In this document: in pieces, positions 55,949 through 64,000 of the stretch
Layout of the letters: each line of letters opens with the position of its first letter
Numbering within the stretch: position 1 is the stretch's first letter
DNA from: Bacteroidota bacterium
GTDB lineage: Bacteria; Bacteroidota; Bacteroidia; AKYH767-A; JAHEYN01
Reading direction: 5' to 3'
Assembly (NCBI GenBank): GCA_947448795.1
Contig: CANFOZ010000004.1
Coordinates: 4,086-68,085, forward strand
DNA length: 64,000 nucleotides
Position numbers and translations under genes: made by a program
Notes under the pieces: model-generated
Databases searched by the model: none
Told to the model about the DNA's origin: nothing
The model's input: only the letters and a program-made list of their open reading frames with translations

Positions 55949-57853
55949 TTACTCTTCAGACTTCTTTGTGGCTCGTTTTGCTTTCGGCTTTTTCTCCGCT
56001 TCTCCTTCTACTGGAGCATCTTCGGATTTTGCTTTTGCATTAGCGGCTTTCTCTTCCATGTCATTCTTAAGGTTAGAGAGGGAAGACAGATCACCTAGTG
56101 TTGTCTTCTCCACAGAATCCTTAATCTTTTTCATAGAGTCTTTGGTGCTTTTCACCTCAGTAGTCTTACGAACGGTCTCCACTTCTTCATGAATAGAAGC
56201 ATGTGAAACACCAATCTTTCTATTTTCTTTAGAGAACTCAGTTACTTTGAAATCAACTGTTTCATCAGCTTTAGCGGCAACTCCGCCTTCTTTCTGAAGG
56301 TGACGGGTTGGGCAGAAAGCTTCTACGCCGTGTGGCATGGTGATGATAGCGCCTTTCTCAGTGATCTTGGCAACGGTGCCCGGGTGAACAGAACCGATTG
56401 TAAAGATGGTTTCATACACTTCCCAAGGATTTTCGTCGATTTGCTTATGACCGAGGCTAAGGCGACGGTTTGCAGCATCCACATCCAATACAACTACATC
56501 AATCTTCTCGCCTACTTTAGTTACATCAGAAGGATGTTTGATTTTCTTAGACCAAGAAAGGTCAGAGATATGGATCAGACCATCGATACCTTCTTCAAGT
56601 TCAACGAACACACCGAAGTTGGTGAAGTTACGAACGGTAGACGTATGACGAGAGCCTATTGCATATTTTTCAGCTACAACACTCCATGGATCAGGTTTGA
56701 GTTGTTTCATTCCGAGAGACATCTTGCGATCTTGTCTGTCGAGTGTAAGAACAACCGCTTCGATCTCGTCGCCCACTTTCAGGAAGTCTTGCGGGCTACG
56801 GAGGTGCTGTGAGTATGACATTTCAGAAACGTGGAGCAAACCTTCGATACCTGGCTTGATCTCAACGAATGCGCCGTAATCAGCAATGACTACTACTTTA
56901 CCTTTTACTTTATCACCAACATTGAGACCTTCTTCGAGAGAATCCCATGGATGTGAAGAAAGTTGTTTAAGACCAAGTGCGATACGCTTCTTCTCGTTGT
57001 CGAAGTCGAGGATAACCACATTGACTTTTTGATCCAATTTAAGGAGTTCTTCTGGGTGACCGATACGGCCCCAAGCGATATCCGTGATATGCAACAGACC
57101 ATCGACACCGCCGAGATCCATGAACACACCGTATGAAGTGATGTTTTTAACAGTTCCTTCAAGTACTTGACCTTTTTCGAGTTTAGAGATAATCTCTGAT
57201 TTTTGGCTTTCCAGTTCTTGCTCGATAAGTACTTTGTGGGATACAACTACGTTTTTAAATTCGTTGTTGATCTTCACAACTTTAAACTCCATTGTTTTGC
57301 CTACGAATACATCGTAGTCACGGATCGGCTTAACATCGATCTGAGAACCTGGAAGGAAGGCTTCGATACCGAAGACATCCACGATAAGACCACCTTTAGT
57401 GCGGCATTTAACAAAACCTTGAATGATTTCGTTTTTGTCGAGGGCGGCATTAACGCGATCCCAAGAATGCATTGCACGAGCAGTCTTGTGAGACAGCACG
57501 AGTTGGCCATTCTTGTCTTCTTGTGTTTCTATGTAAACCTCAACCTTGTCGCCTACCTTAAGATCAGGCATGTGACGAAATTCGGTAAGAGGAACTAATC
57601 CATCTGATTTAAAGCCGATGTTGATAATCACGTCTTTTGTAGTGATCGCAGCAACGGAACCTTCCACCACTTGGTGCTCGGCAACCGTATTCATCGTCTT
57701 TTCGTAAAGCGCTTCCATTTTGGCGAACTCTTCGCTGCTGTAGCTGTTCCAGCCTTTGCCTGAGTCATCCCAGTTGAAATCGTTTGCGTTTGTCATTTTT
57801 GTGCTTGTTTTCGGAGCCGTTTCAGCGCCGATTGTTGTTGTTGATTCAGTCAT
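55949..57853 (-). CDS. rpsA: 30S ribosomal protein S1
   Basis: Six S1 repeats (G..V.G.V..I...G.FV) and a Lys-rich C-terminal tail. 634 aa. Confidence 0.95.
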   Translation of the reverse strand: MTESTTTIGAETAPKTSTKMTNANDFNWDDSGKGWNSYSSEEFAKMEALYEKTMNTVAEHQVVEGSVAAITTKDVIINIGFKSDGLVPLTEFRHMPDLKVGDKVEVYIETQEDKNGQLVLSHKTARAMHSWDRVNAALDKNEIIQGFVKCRTKGGLIVDVFGIEAFLPGSQIDVKPIRDYDVFVGKTMEFKVVKINNEFKNVVVSHKVLIEQELESQKSEIISKLEKGQVLEGTVKNITSYGVFMDLGGVDGLLHITDIAWGRIGHPEELLKLDQKVNVVILDFDNEKKRIALGLKQLSSHPWDSLEEGLNVGDKVKGKVVVIADYGAFVEIKPGIEGLLHVSEMSYSQHLRSPQDFLKVGDEIEAVVLTLDRQDRKMSLGMKQLKPDPWSVVAEKYAIGSRHTSTVRNFTNFGVFVELEEGIDGLIHISDLSWSKKIKHPSDVTKVGEKIDVVVLDVDAANRRLSLGHKQIDENPWEVYETIFTIGSVHPGTVAKITEKGAIITMPHGVEAFCPTRHLQKEGGVAAKADETVDFKVTEFSKENRKIGVSHASIHEEVETVRKTTEVKSTKDSMKKIKDSVEKTTLGDLSSLSNLKNDMEEKAANAKAKSEDAPVEGEAEKKPKAKRATKKSEE

Positions 57854-57917
57854 GATAATTTTTAAAATGTGTTTTTTTGATGGGGTTAGTAAATATATTT
57901 TTTAGTCAATTGGGCTG

Positions 57918-57925
57918 CAAAGATA
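57918..57925 (-). promoter_or_regulatory. Candidate -7 promoter box (TATCTTTG) for rpsA
   Basis: The minus strand reads TATCTTTG, 64 nt upstream of the ATG at 57853. Confidence 0.45.
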
Positions 57926-58026
57926 AGGAAATTCTTAGATATTCTAATTTTTCGCCGAATTCAAATCGAAAAAGGCAAAAAAAGAAAATTCAATCCTGAA
58001 AAAAACAGAAAGCGAAGGCTTGAAAA

Positions 58027-58413
58027 TTAGATGCTATTTGTATAATAAGGCACCTCGTCATTGGAGATGGTGTCGAGCTGGTTCCAATAGGCCAATGTAA
58101 CGACATGCCCGTTGGCTGTATGGAGTAGTCGTCCAAAAACAGCATTGACCGAATTAAACATAAGATTGGTAACCCCCAGAGAGAAAGTAATTGGAGCCGC
58201 TGGCACTTCCACCACAGGTGCCACCTCACCTTCGGCAACAGGCTTAGGAGCCGCTGCTTTGGGTGGAGCGCTTTTTGCAACTACCACAGTATATCCATTG
58301 AGTTCCAGCAGAGGCTTTAGAAAATCCACACGGTCTTGGCTACAGTTTTTTTCTACGACGGCGCATTTTACGCCTTCAAGGTCTTCAAAAGGATGATTTG
58401 CGTTGATTGCCAT
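58027..58413 (-). CDS. Hypothetical protein tightly coupled to nuoN
   Basis: Its start codon lies 2 nt after the nuoN stop. Two short globular parts are joined by an Ala/Pro/Val-rich linker (APPKAAAPKPVAEGEVAPVVEVPAAP). Confidence 0.55.
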   Translation of the reverse strand: MAINANHPFEDLEGVKCAVVEKNCSQDRVDFLKPLLELNGYTVVVAKSAPPKAAAPKPVAEGEVAPVVEVPAAPITFSLGVTNLMFNSVNAVFGRLLHTANGHVVTLAYWNQLDTISNDEVPYYTNSI

Positions 58414-58415
58414 GA

Positions 58416-59843
58416 TTAAAAACCTAAACTAAGGGTGTGAATATATTCATAAATCTGTCCGAAGAATCCAGTTAACAGCACGCCAGCCACACAAACGACA
58501 AGCGCGATACGGGCATAAAATGGAACAGCAATAGTTGGAAGTGGTTCATCTTGCTGCTCAACGAGCATGGCTCTTACTACTTTCAAGTAATAGAAAAGGG
58601 AGATGACCATATTTAGTGCAGCGATAACCAAAAAAGGCATGTTGAATCGAGAGGCACCAGCAGTGATTAGAAACAGCTTACCAAAGAAGCCGGCCGTTGG
58701 TGGGATTCCAGCAAGCGAAAACAAAGACAATGCGAACACCCAGCTTAGCACTGGGTTATTTTTATAGAAGCCTTTGAAATCATGGATCTCTTCTTTCCCT
58801 GTTGCAGCAGAAACTAAAGCCAAGACACCAAAAGCACCGAGATTCGAAAAGATGTAGACGAGCATGAAATAAACTACCGATGTAGCGCCTTCAGCGGAAG
58901 CCCCAGATAGGCCGAGCAAGAGGTATCCAGCTTGTGTTATGGATGAGAAAGCCAAGAATCGCTTGATATTCATTTGGCGCATCGCGAAGAGATTACCTAG
59001 CGTCATGGTAATAGCAGAAGCAACAAAGAGGATGTTATACCACATGGCAGCATACGCGCCAAATACTTTGTAGAGCATGGTCGTTAATGCAAAAATCATT
59101 GCCCCTTTGGATATCACCGATAGAAAAGCGGTAACAGGAATAGGCGCTCCTTCATACACATCAGCAGTCCAGAAGTGAAAGGGAACCACGGCGATTTTAA
59201 AAGCGAAACCAGAGAAGATAAAGATGAGCGCTAGCATTTCCATCTCTGTACCCATAAAACTGCGGGAGATCTCAATGAAATTGAGCGAGCCAGTAGCTCC
59301 ATACAACATGGAGATACCAAAAAGCAGAATGCCTGAAGAAAATGCAGACGACAGGATCAGTTTCATAGCTGATTCAGACGACCTTCTCTTCTCTAGATCG
59401 AAGTTGCAAAGCGCTGCCAAAGGAATGGTTGATAATTCAAGTGCGAGATAGAACATCAGCAGATTACCAGCAGATAGCAGGTAATCCATACCCATTAGCG
59501 TTGCGATAAGCAGCATAATAAACTCGGTGCTGTGTTTGTGATTTTTAAGCCAAGTTCCGGCTTGCAAGCAGATTAGCAAAGTGCCTAAGCCCAGAATCCC
59601 CTTCTCCATCCCGATAAGCGGCGTATTTACATACATACCACTAAACAGCATACCCGTGGTGTTTCCGTCAAAAGAGATAAGTACATGACCAAGCAACAAC
59701 ACCATTACTAAAGGATAGAGCATAGGAGATGTTTTCTCACCTTCCATCAATTTAGCAAAGAGAAGTACAATCAGGATAGCTGTAAGACCCAGCTCCTGAA
59801 GCATCACGAGCAGAAAGTTGAGTAGATTATTTTCCAAGAGCAT
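58416..59843 (-). CDS. nuoN: NADH-quinone oxidoreductase subunit N
   Basis: An antiporter-like polytopic subunit, last in the nuo gene order. Confidence 0.9.
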   Translation of the reverse strand: MLLENNLLNFLLVMLQELGLTAILIVLLFAKLMEGEKTSPMLYPLVMVLLLGHVLISFDGNTTGMLFSGMYVNTPLIGMEKGILGLGTLLICLQAGTWLKNHKHSTEFIMLLIATLMGMDYLLSAGNLLMFYLALELSTIPLAALCNFDLEKRRSSESAMKLILSSAFSSGILLFGISMLYGATGSLNFIEISRSFMGTEMEMLALIFIFSGFAFKIAVVPFHFWTADVYEGAPIPVTAFLSVISKGAMIFALTTMLYKVFGAYAAMWYNILFVASAITMTLGNLFAMRQMNIKRFLAFSSITQAGYLLLGLSGASAEGATSVVYFMLVYIFSNLGAFGVLALVSAATGKEEIHDFKGFYKNNPVLSWVFALSLFSLAGIPPTAGFFGKLFLITAGASRFNMPFLVIAALNMVISLFYYLKVVRAMLVEQQDEPLPTIAVPFYARIALVVCVAGVLLTGFFGQIYEYIHTLSLGF

Positions 59844-61302
59844 GAATAATTAAAGTTGCATCAGGAGTGATGAGGTTGTTGAGCCAAAAAGGCGCGAATC
59901 CTAAGGCCATGATGGATACGATTAATAGCGCAGAGGCAATCTTTTCGTTCCATGTAGCATCAGCCAAGTGATTAAAGTGTTCGTTTTTTATTGGTCCGAG
60001 CAAAGACGCCCCCAATGCGCGCAGGATATACACGGCAGTGACGACGATAGATGCACATGCGATTATCGTAGCCACGCGATGAAATGTATCGGCATTTTCC
60101 CAAGAGCCCATAAAGACGGTCATTTCAGCCACAAAACCACTAAACCCAGGCAAGCCTAGTGAGCAGAGACCGGCAATAAACATGACGCAAGAGATGAAGG
60201 GCATGGTTTTCATCAAACCACCCAGCTCCCCTATTTGACGGGTATGCGAGCGTTCGTAGAGCATGCCAATTGCGGCAAAAAAGAGAGCCGTCATGAGTCC
60301 GTGTGAAAACATCTGCAGCACTGCACCGGTAACCGATGTACGCGTGAGCATACCGATACCTAAAATTACAAAACCACAATGCGAAACAGAGGAGTATGCG
60401 TTGATGTACTTCAAATCTTTCTGCATCATGGTAGCAAAAGCACCGTAAAGTATGGCAATTGAAGCGAGGATAATAATTAGCGGAGAATAATACTGTGCAG
60501 CTTCAGGCATAAGATAGACAGCCATTCGCAAAGCACCGTACCCACCTAGCTTCATGGATATACCAGCAAGAAACATCGATGCTGCTGTTGGCGCAGATGA
60601 GTGTCCATCGGGAGCCCATGTGTGAAAAGGAAAAATTGCGGTGAACACACCGAAGCCCATAAAAACAAATGGGAATAGCAGCTTTTGAACCTCCAATGGG
60701 AGATGCGCTTGAGCAAGCTGGAGCATGTCGAAGGTTTTGCCTGCATACTCATACATACCCAAGAACCCAACGAGCACAAGGGCCGAGCCGCCCATGAGCA
60801 TCAAGGCTAGCTTCGTGGCGCTGTATTCTTTTTTACCACTTCCCCAGATAGCGATGAGTAAATATTTTGGTATAACAGCCAGTTCGAGAAAGAAGAACAG
60901 GCTAAAAAGATCAAGAGAAATAAAGAATCCGTAGGCCCCCATGCTCAACAGGACGAGCAGAAGAAAAAACTCTTTGCCTTGGAAGGACATTTTCCAAGAG
61001 AATAGAATACCGGCAACCACCACGATTGCGGTAAGAAGGATCATAGCAATGGAGATTCCATCCACCCCAAAGTGCCATTGGATACCAAGAGAAGGATACC
61101 ACGCATACTTAAACTGAAAGAGCATTTGCGAAGTATCACCAAGCAAACGAGCGGTTTGATAGGCAAGGAGTAATTTAATGGCAAGTCCCAATTGGCAAAT
61201 AGAGCCTATGGCAGCCATAAGCCGTATATGCTTTACATCGCGCAGCAGGATAATACCCAGGGCTGTGCTTAGCGGAACAAGTAATAATAGCGTGAGATTC
61301 AT
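59827..61302 (-). CDS. nuoM: NADH-quinone oxidoreductase subunit M
   Basis: Antiporter-like subunit with HTWAPDGHSSAPTAASMFLAG. Start placed at the ATG at 61302, just after the nuoL stop. Confidence 0.9.
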   Translation of the reverse strand: MNLTLLLLVPLSTALGIILLRDVKHIRLMAAIGSICQLGLAIKLLLAYQTARLLGDTSQMLFQFKYAWYPSLGIQWHFGVDGISIAMILLTAIVVVAGILFSWKMSFQGKEFFLLLVLLSMGAYGFFISLDLFSLFFFLELAVIPKYLLIAIWGSGKKEYSATKLALMLMGGSALVLVGFLGMYEYAGKTFDMLQLAQAHLPLEVQKLLFPFVFMGFGVFTAIFPFHTWAPDGHSSAPTAASMFLAGISMKLGGYGALRMAVYLMPEAAQYYSPLIIILASIAILYGAFATMMQKDLKYINAYSSVSHCGFVILGIGMLTRTSVTGAVLQMFSHGLMTALFFAAIGMLYERSHTRQIGELGGLMKTMPFISCVMFIAGLCSLGLPGFSGFVAEMTVFMGSWENADTFHRVATIIACASIVVTAVYILRALGASLLGPIKNEHFNHLADATWNEKIASALLIVSIMALGFAPFWLNNLITPDATLIIHALGK

Positions 61303-61315
61303 TTTGCGAAGCGAA

Positions 61316-63256
61316 TTACCAGAGATAAATAAAAAGCACAGCAAAACCGAGCACACCGGCAAAGAACCAGATAGCATAGCTCTGCACCTTACCCGATTGC
61401 AGTCCCCGAATCATTTCGGCGAAGCCTGATGTTAGTCCACCAATAAGATTCATCAAACCATCAACGATGGTGCGATCAAACCAAGCGGCGGGACGACCGA
61501 GCAGATTGAAAATAAGACGTTTGGTTACGAAGAGATAAACTTCGTCGATGTAGAATTTGCGATAAGCCGAAGCATAAAGTACGGACATGGAGACCGCCAA
61601 TTTAGCAGGGAGTTCGTTGGCGTTTTTATAGAACAACATGGCAAGAAAGATGCCTCCCAAGGCCAAAGAAACTGGAGCGATTGAAAACATCGGATGGAAT
61701 TCATTAGCCAGAAACTGTCCATCGGCAGTAACAAATTGACCAAATGGAATGAAGCCCACAGAAATCGAACATAAAGCCAAAATGAATAGCGGCAGCATCA
61801 TCGTAAAAGGTCCTTCGCCGTGGTGATGATGATCATGACCTGCGGATGGAGTTGGCTTATTCCAGAAGATGGAGAAATAGAGTCGGAACATATAGAACGC
61901 AGTCATGGCTGCCGTAATAAGTCCGACATAAAAAATAACGGGGTTCTTATGGAAAGCCGCGGCAAGAATTTCTTCTTTTGAGAAGAAGCCAGCGAAAGGC
62001 GGAATTCCAGCAATAGCAAGACAAGCGATTAGGAAGGTTATATGAGTTATTGGCATTGCTTTTCGCAATCCTCCCATGTCTTTCATTTCGTTGGAATGTA
62101 TGTAATGAATCACCGAACCAGCCCCAAGGAATAGGAGTGCTTTAAACATGGCATGGGTAAAAAGGTGGAACATGGATCCCATATAACCGAGACCAGCTTC
62201 ACCTTCATATCCAGATACGCCCAAAGCAAACATCATGTACCCTATCTGGGACATCGTAGAATAGGCTAACACACGTTTTATATCGGTTTGCGTACATGCA
62301 ATAATGGCTGCAAAAAGGGAAGAAAAGATACCCACGTATGCCACCACATCCAAAGCCACCGGACAGGATAAAATGAAGATTGGAAAAAGTCGAGCTACTA
62401 AGAATACACCCGCAACAACCATTGTGGCTGCGTGAATCAAAGCAGACACTGGAGTAGGCCCTTCCATTGCATCAGGCAACCAAACGTGCAGCGGGAACAT
62501 TGCAGATTTTCCAGCACCACCAACAAATATGAGCAACAAGCCCCAGGTTAATGCGCTAACACCCATAAAAGACGATGCAATAGCTGTTTGTAGATACGGA
62601 CTTTCAACATGAATCAAGCGCTCAATAAGAAGACCGAAGTCTAGCGTTTTTGCGTTAAAGCCAAGAATAAGAATACCGATCAGAAAACCGAGATCAGCAA
62701 AACGGGTAACGATGAACGCTTTTTTGGATGCTGATACAGCAGACGGTTTCGTATAGTAAAAGCCAATCAAAAGAAAAGAAGAAACACCTACAAGCTCCCA
62801 AAAAATATAGGTTTGGAAAAGATTAGCTGAAAGCACGAGCCCCAACATCGAAAAGGTAAAAAGCGATAGAAAGGAATAGAAAACAGAGAAGCGCTCCTCC
62901 CCTTTCATGTAACCAAGACTATAGATATGCACCATTAAAGACACGAAGGTTACCACCACAAGCATCATCACGGATATGGGATCCAGGAGCATGCCCATGT
63001 TGATGCTAATTTCAGGCGTAAACTGAAGCCAGTGGTAGTTGAACACGACCATCTTTTGAAAAACACCATCAATTTTACCTACATGAAAAAAGTATTGATA
63101 AGCGGTGAGCGCTGCAAAGCCAGCCGATACAGCCATTGAGGCGGTTCCAAGCAGGCCTGAAAAAGCGCCTAGCTTCTTTCCAGTGAGACCTAGTAAAAGG
63201 AAACAGAGAAAAGGAATTATGGGTATGAGAGCAATCAGAATCGTATCTGGCATCAT
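61316..63256 (-). CDS. nuoL: NADH-quinone oxidoreductase subunit L
   Basis: 646 aa with WLPDAMEGPTPVSALIHAATMV and a long C-terminal extension. Confidence 0.92.
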   Translation of the reverse strand: MMPDTILIALIPIIPFLCFLLLGLTGKKLGAFSGLLGTASMAVSAGFAALTAYQYFFHVGKIDGVFQKMVVFNYHWLQFTPEISINMGMLLDPISVMMLVVVTFVSLMVHIYSLGYMKGEERFSVFYSFLSLFTFSMLGLVLSANLFQTYIFWELVGVSSFLLIGFYYTKPSAVSASKKAFIVTRFADLGFLIGILILGFNAKTLDFGLLIERLIHVESPYLQTAIASSFMGVSALTWGLLLIFVGGAGKSAMFPLHVWLPDAMEGPTPVSALIHAATMVVAGVFLVARLFPIFILSCPVALDVVAYVGIFSSLFAAIIACTQTDIKRVLAYSTMSQIGYMMFALGVSGYEGEAGLGYMGSMFHLFTHAMFKALLFLGAGSVIHYIHSNEMKDMGGLRKAMPITHITFLIACLAIAGIPPFAGFFSKEEILAAAFHKNPVIFYVGLITAAMTAFYMFRLYFSIFWNKPTPSAGHDHHHHGEGPFTMMLPLFILALCSISVGFIPFGQFVTADGQFLANEFHPMFSIAPVSLALGGIFLAMLFYKNANELPAKLAVSMSVLYASAYRKFYIDEVYLFVTKRLIFNLLGRPAAWFDRTIVDGLMNLIGGLTSGFAEMIRGLQSGKVQSYAIWFFAGVLGFAVLFIYLW

Positions 63257-63273
63257 GATGGGCTGTATCGGGA

Positions 63274-63588
63274 TTAATATTTCATGTCGTTCACCTCATC
63301 CACATCGATGGATTTATGGCTGCGGTACAAATTGATGATGATGGCAATAGCCACGGCAGCCTCTGCAGCCGCTATAGCGATGATGAAGATGGTAAAAAAA
63401 AGTCCGTCCAATTTACCCGGAAAAAGGTATTTATTAAAAGCCACGAAGTTGATGTTCACTGCATTGAGAATAAGCTCAACGGCCATCAACATGGTGATCA
63501 TATTTTTACGAGAAAGGAAGCCATACACTCCAATGAAAAAGAGTGCTGTGCTAAGAAAAAGGATATGGTTAATTGGAATTTCGTGCAT
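63274..63588 (-). CDS. nuoK: NADH-quinone oxidoreductase subunit K
   Basis: 104 aa, three TM helices, AAAEAAVAIAIII motif. Confidence 0.9.
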   Translation of the reverse strand: MHEIPINHILFLSTALFFIGVYGFLSRKNMITMLMAVELILNAVNINFVAFNKYLFPGKLDGLFFTIFIIAIAAAEAAVAIAIIINLYRSHKSIDVDEVNDMKY

Positions 63589-63599
63589 AGCTGATTGCG

Positions 63600-64000
63600 T
63601 TAGATTTTTTCAGATTTTGACGGAATCGCTTTGTCTTTAATTGCTATGACAATGGCTCCAATCATGGCCGCCAACAATAGGATACTCACCACTTCGAAAG
63701 GCAGGAGAAACCCGAAGCTTTGAGTATCGAGCATCTGAGCACCAATATTCTGAACGGTTGGCGCTACTGCTGGCGCTTCAGATTCGCCCATTCCAGAGCG
63801 ATTCAGAATAAGGTAAGTTAAAGAGAAACCGATGAATGCTAGGGCAAAAACGATAAACTCTTTTATCCGTGAAGGCACAGGAAGATCTTCGCCTGAGCGG
63901 TGAGTAAGAAAAATGGAGAACAGCACCAGCACGACGATACCACCAACATAGACTACAATTTGAACGGCTGCAAGGAACTCGTATGCCAAGGCAAAATAGA
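63600..64000 (-). CDS. nuoJ: NADH-quinone oxidoreductase subunit J (5' end outside window)
   Basis: FLAAVQIVVYVGGIVVLVLF motif. The listed start is a TTG and the frame stays open to the right window edge. Confidence 0.85.
   Translation of the reverse strand, partial: YFALAYEFLAAVQIVVYVGGIVVLVLFSIFLTHRSGEDLPVPSRIKEFIVFALAFIGFSLTYLILNRSGMGESEAPAVAPTVQNIGAQMLDTQSFGFLLPFEVVSILLLAAMIGAIVIAIKDKAIPSKSEKI

Noticed and set aside
1-64000. A whole-window scan for CRISPR arrays, rRNA or tRNA genes, transposases, integrases, inverted-repeat-bounded insertions and long direct repeats.
   Set aside because: None was found by eye. The only duplication is the diverged tandem gene pair at 14287-18063, and the only notable simple repeat is the T7-G-T9 tract. 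A computational repeat and ncRNA scan (for example Infernal/Rfam and tRNAscan) would be needed to exclude small RNAs.

Overview
This is a densely packed chromosomal segment that reads as Bacteroidota. Evidence: gldG, several proteins with T9SS C-terminal sorting domains, a fused lpxC/fabZ, and recurring TAnnTTTG -7 promoter boxes. I can support about 60 protein-coding genes. I saw no rRNA, tRNA, CRISPR array, transposase, integrase or recognisable phage-defence gene. All family calls are by eye from motifs in the supplied translations; no searches were run.

Most of the window is housekeeping:
- gldG-DUF4340, priA, miaE, and a CPA2 antiporter with a universal stress protein
- murQ, efp, and lpxD-lpxC/fabZ-lpxA
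- two FKBP isomerases, nrnA, ndk, recF, ribH, clpB, rnz
- pyrB-pyrR, rpsA, and nuoJ-K-L-M-N (nuoJ is cut by the right edge)

The one accessory-looking block is a roughly 16.7 kb run of minus-strand genes at 10663-27340, with tiny gaps or overlaps between genes. It combines several elements:
- Arn-like or three-component glycan-modification logic: a WecE-type aminotransferase, a NeuD-type acetyltransferase, a polyprenyl-phosphate GT2 and an ArnT-like GT-C
- two GT4 genes, and a Wzy/O-antigen-ligase-family gene split at a T7-G-T9 tract
- an ATP-grasp/HAD/SDR trio
- three redox components that are unusual in such a locus

The best candidate for an undescribed system is a tandem pair of 621-aa paralogues at 14287-18063. 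Each fuses an HTTM (vitamin-K-dependent-carboxylase-like) membrane domain, a DCC/DUF393 thiol-disulfide oxidoreductase module and an unassigned C-terminal domain. One copy keeps the DxxCxxC motif and the other has lost it. A second candidate is a T9SS-targeted protein at 24204-25790. It joins a CXXCH haem-c module to a PHM/DBH-like two-copper monooxygenase histidine pattern. It is translationally coupled to the GT-C gene and followed by a TlpA-type reductase.
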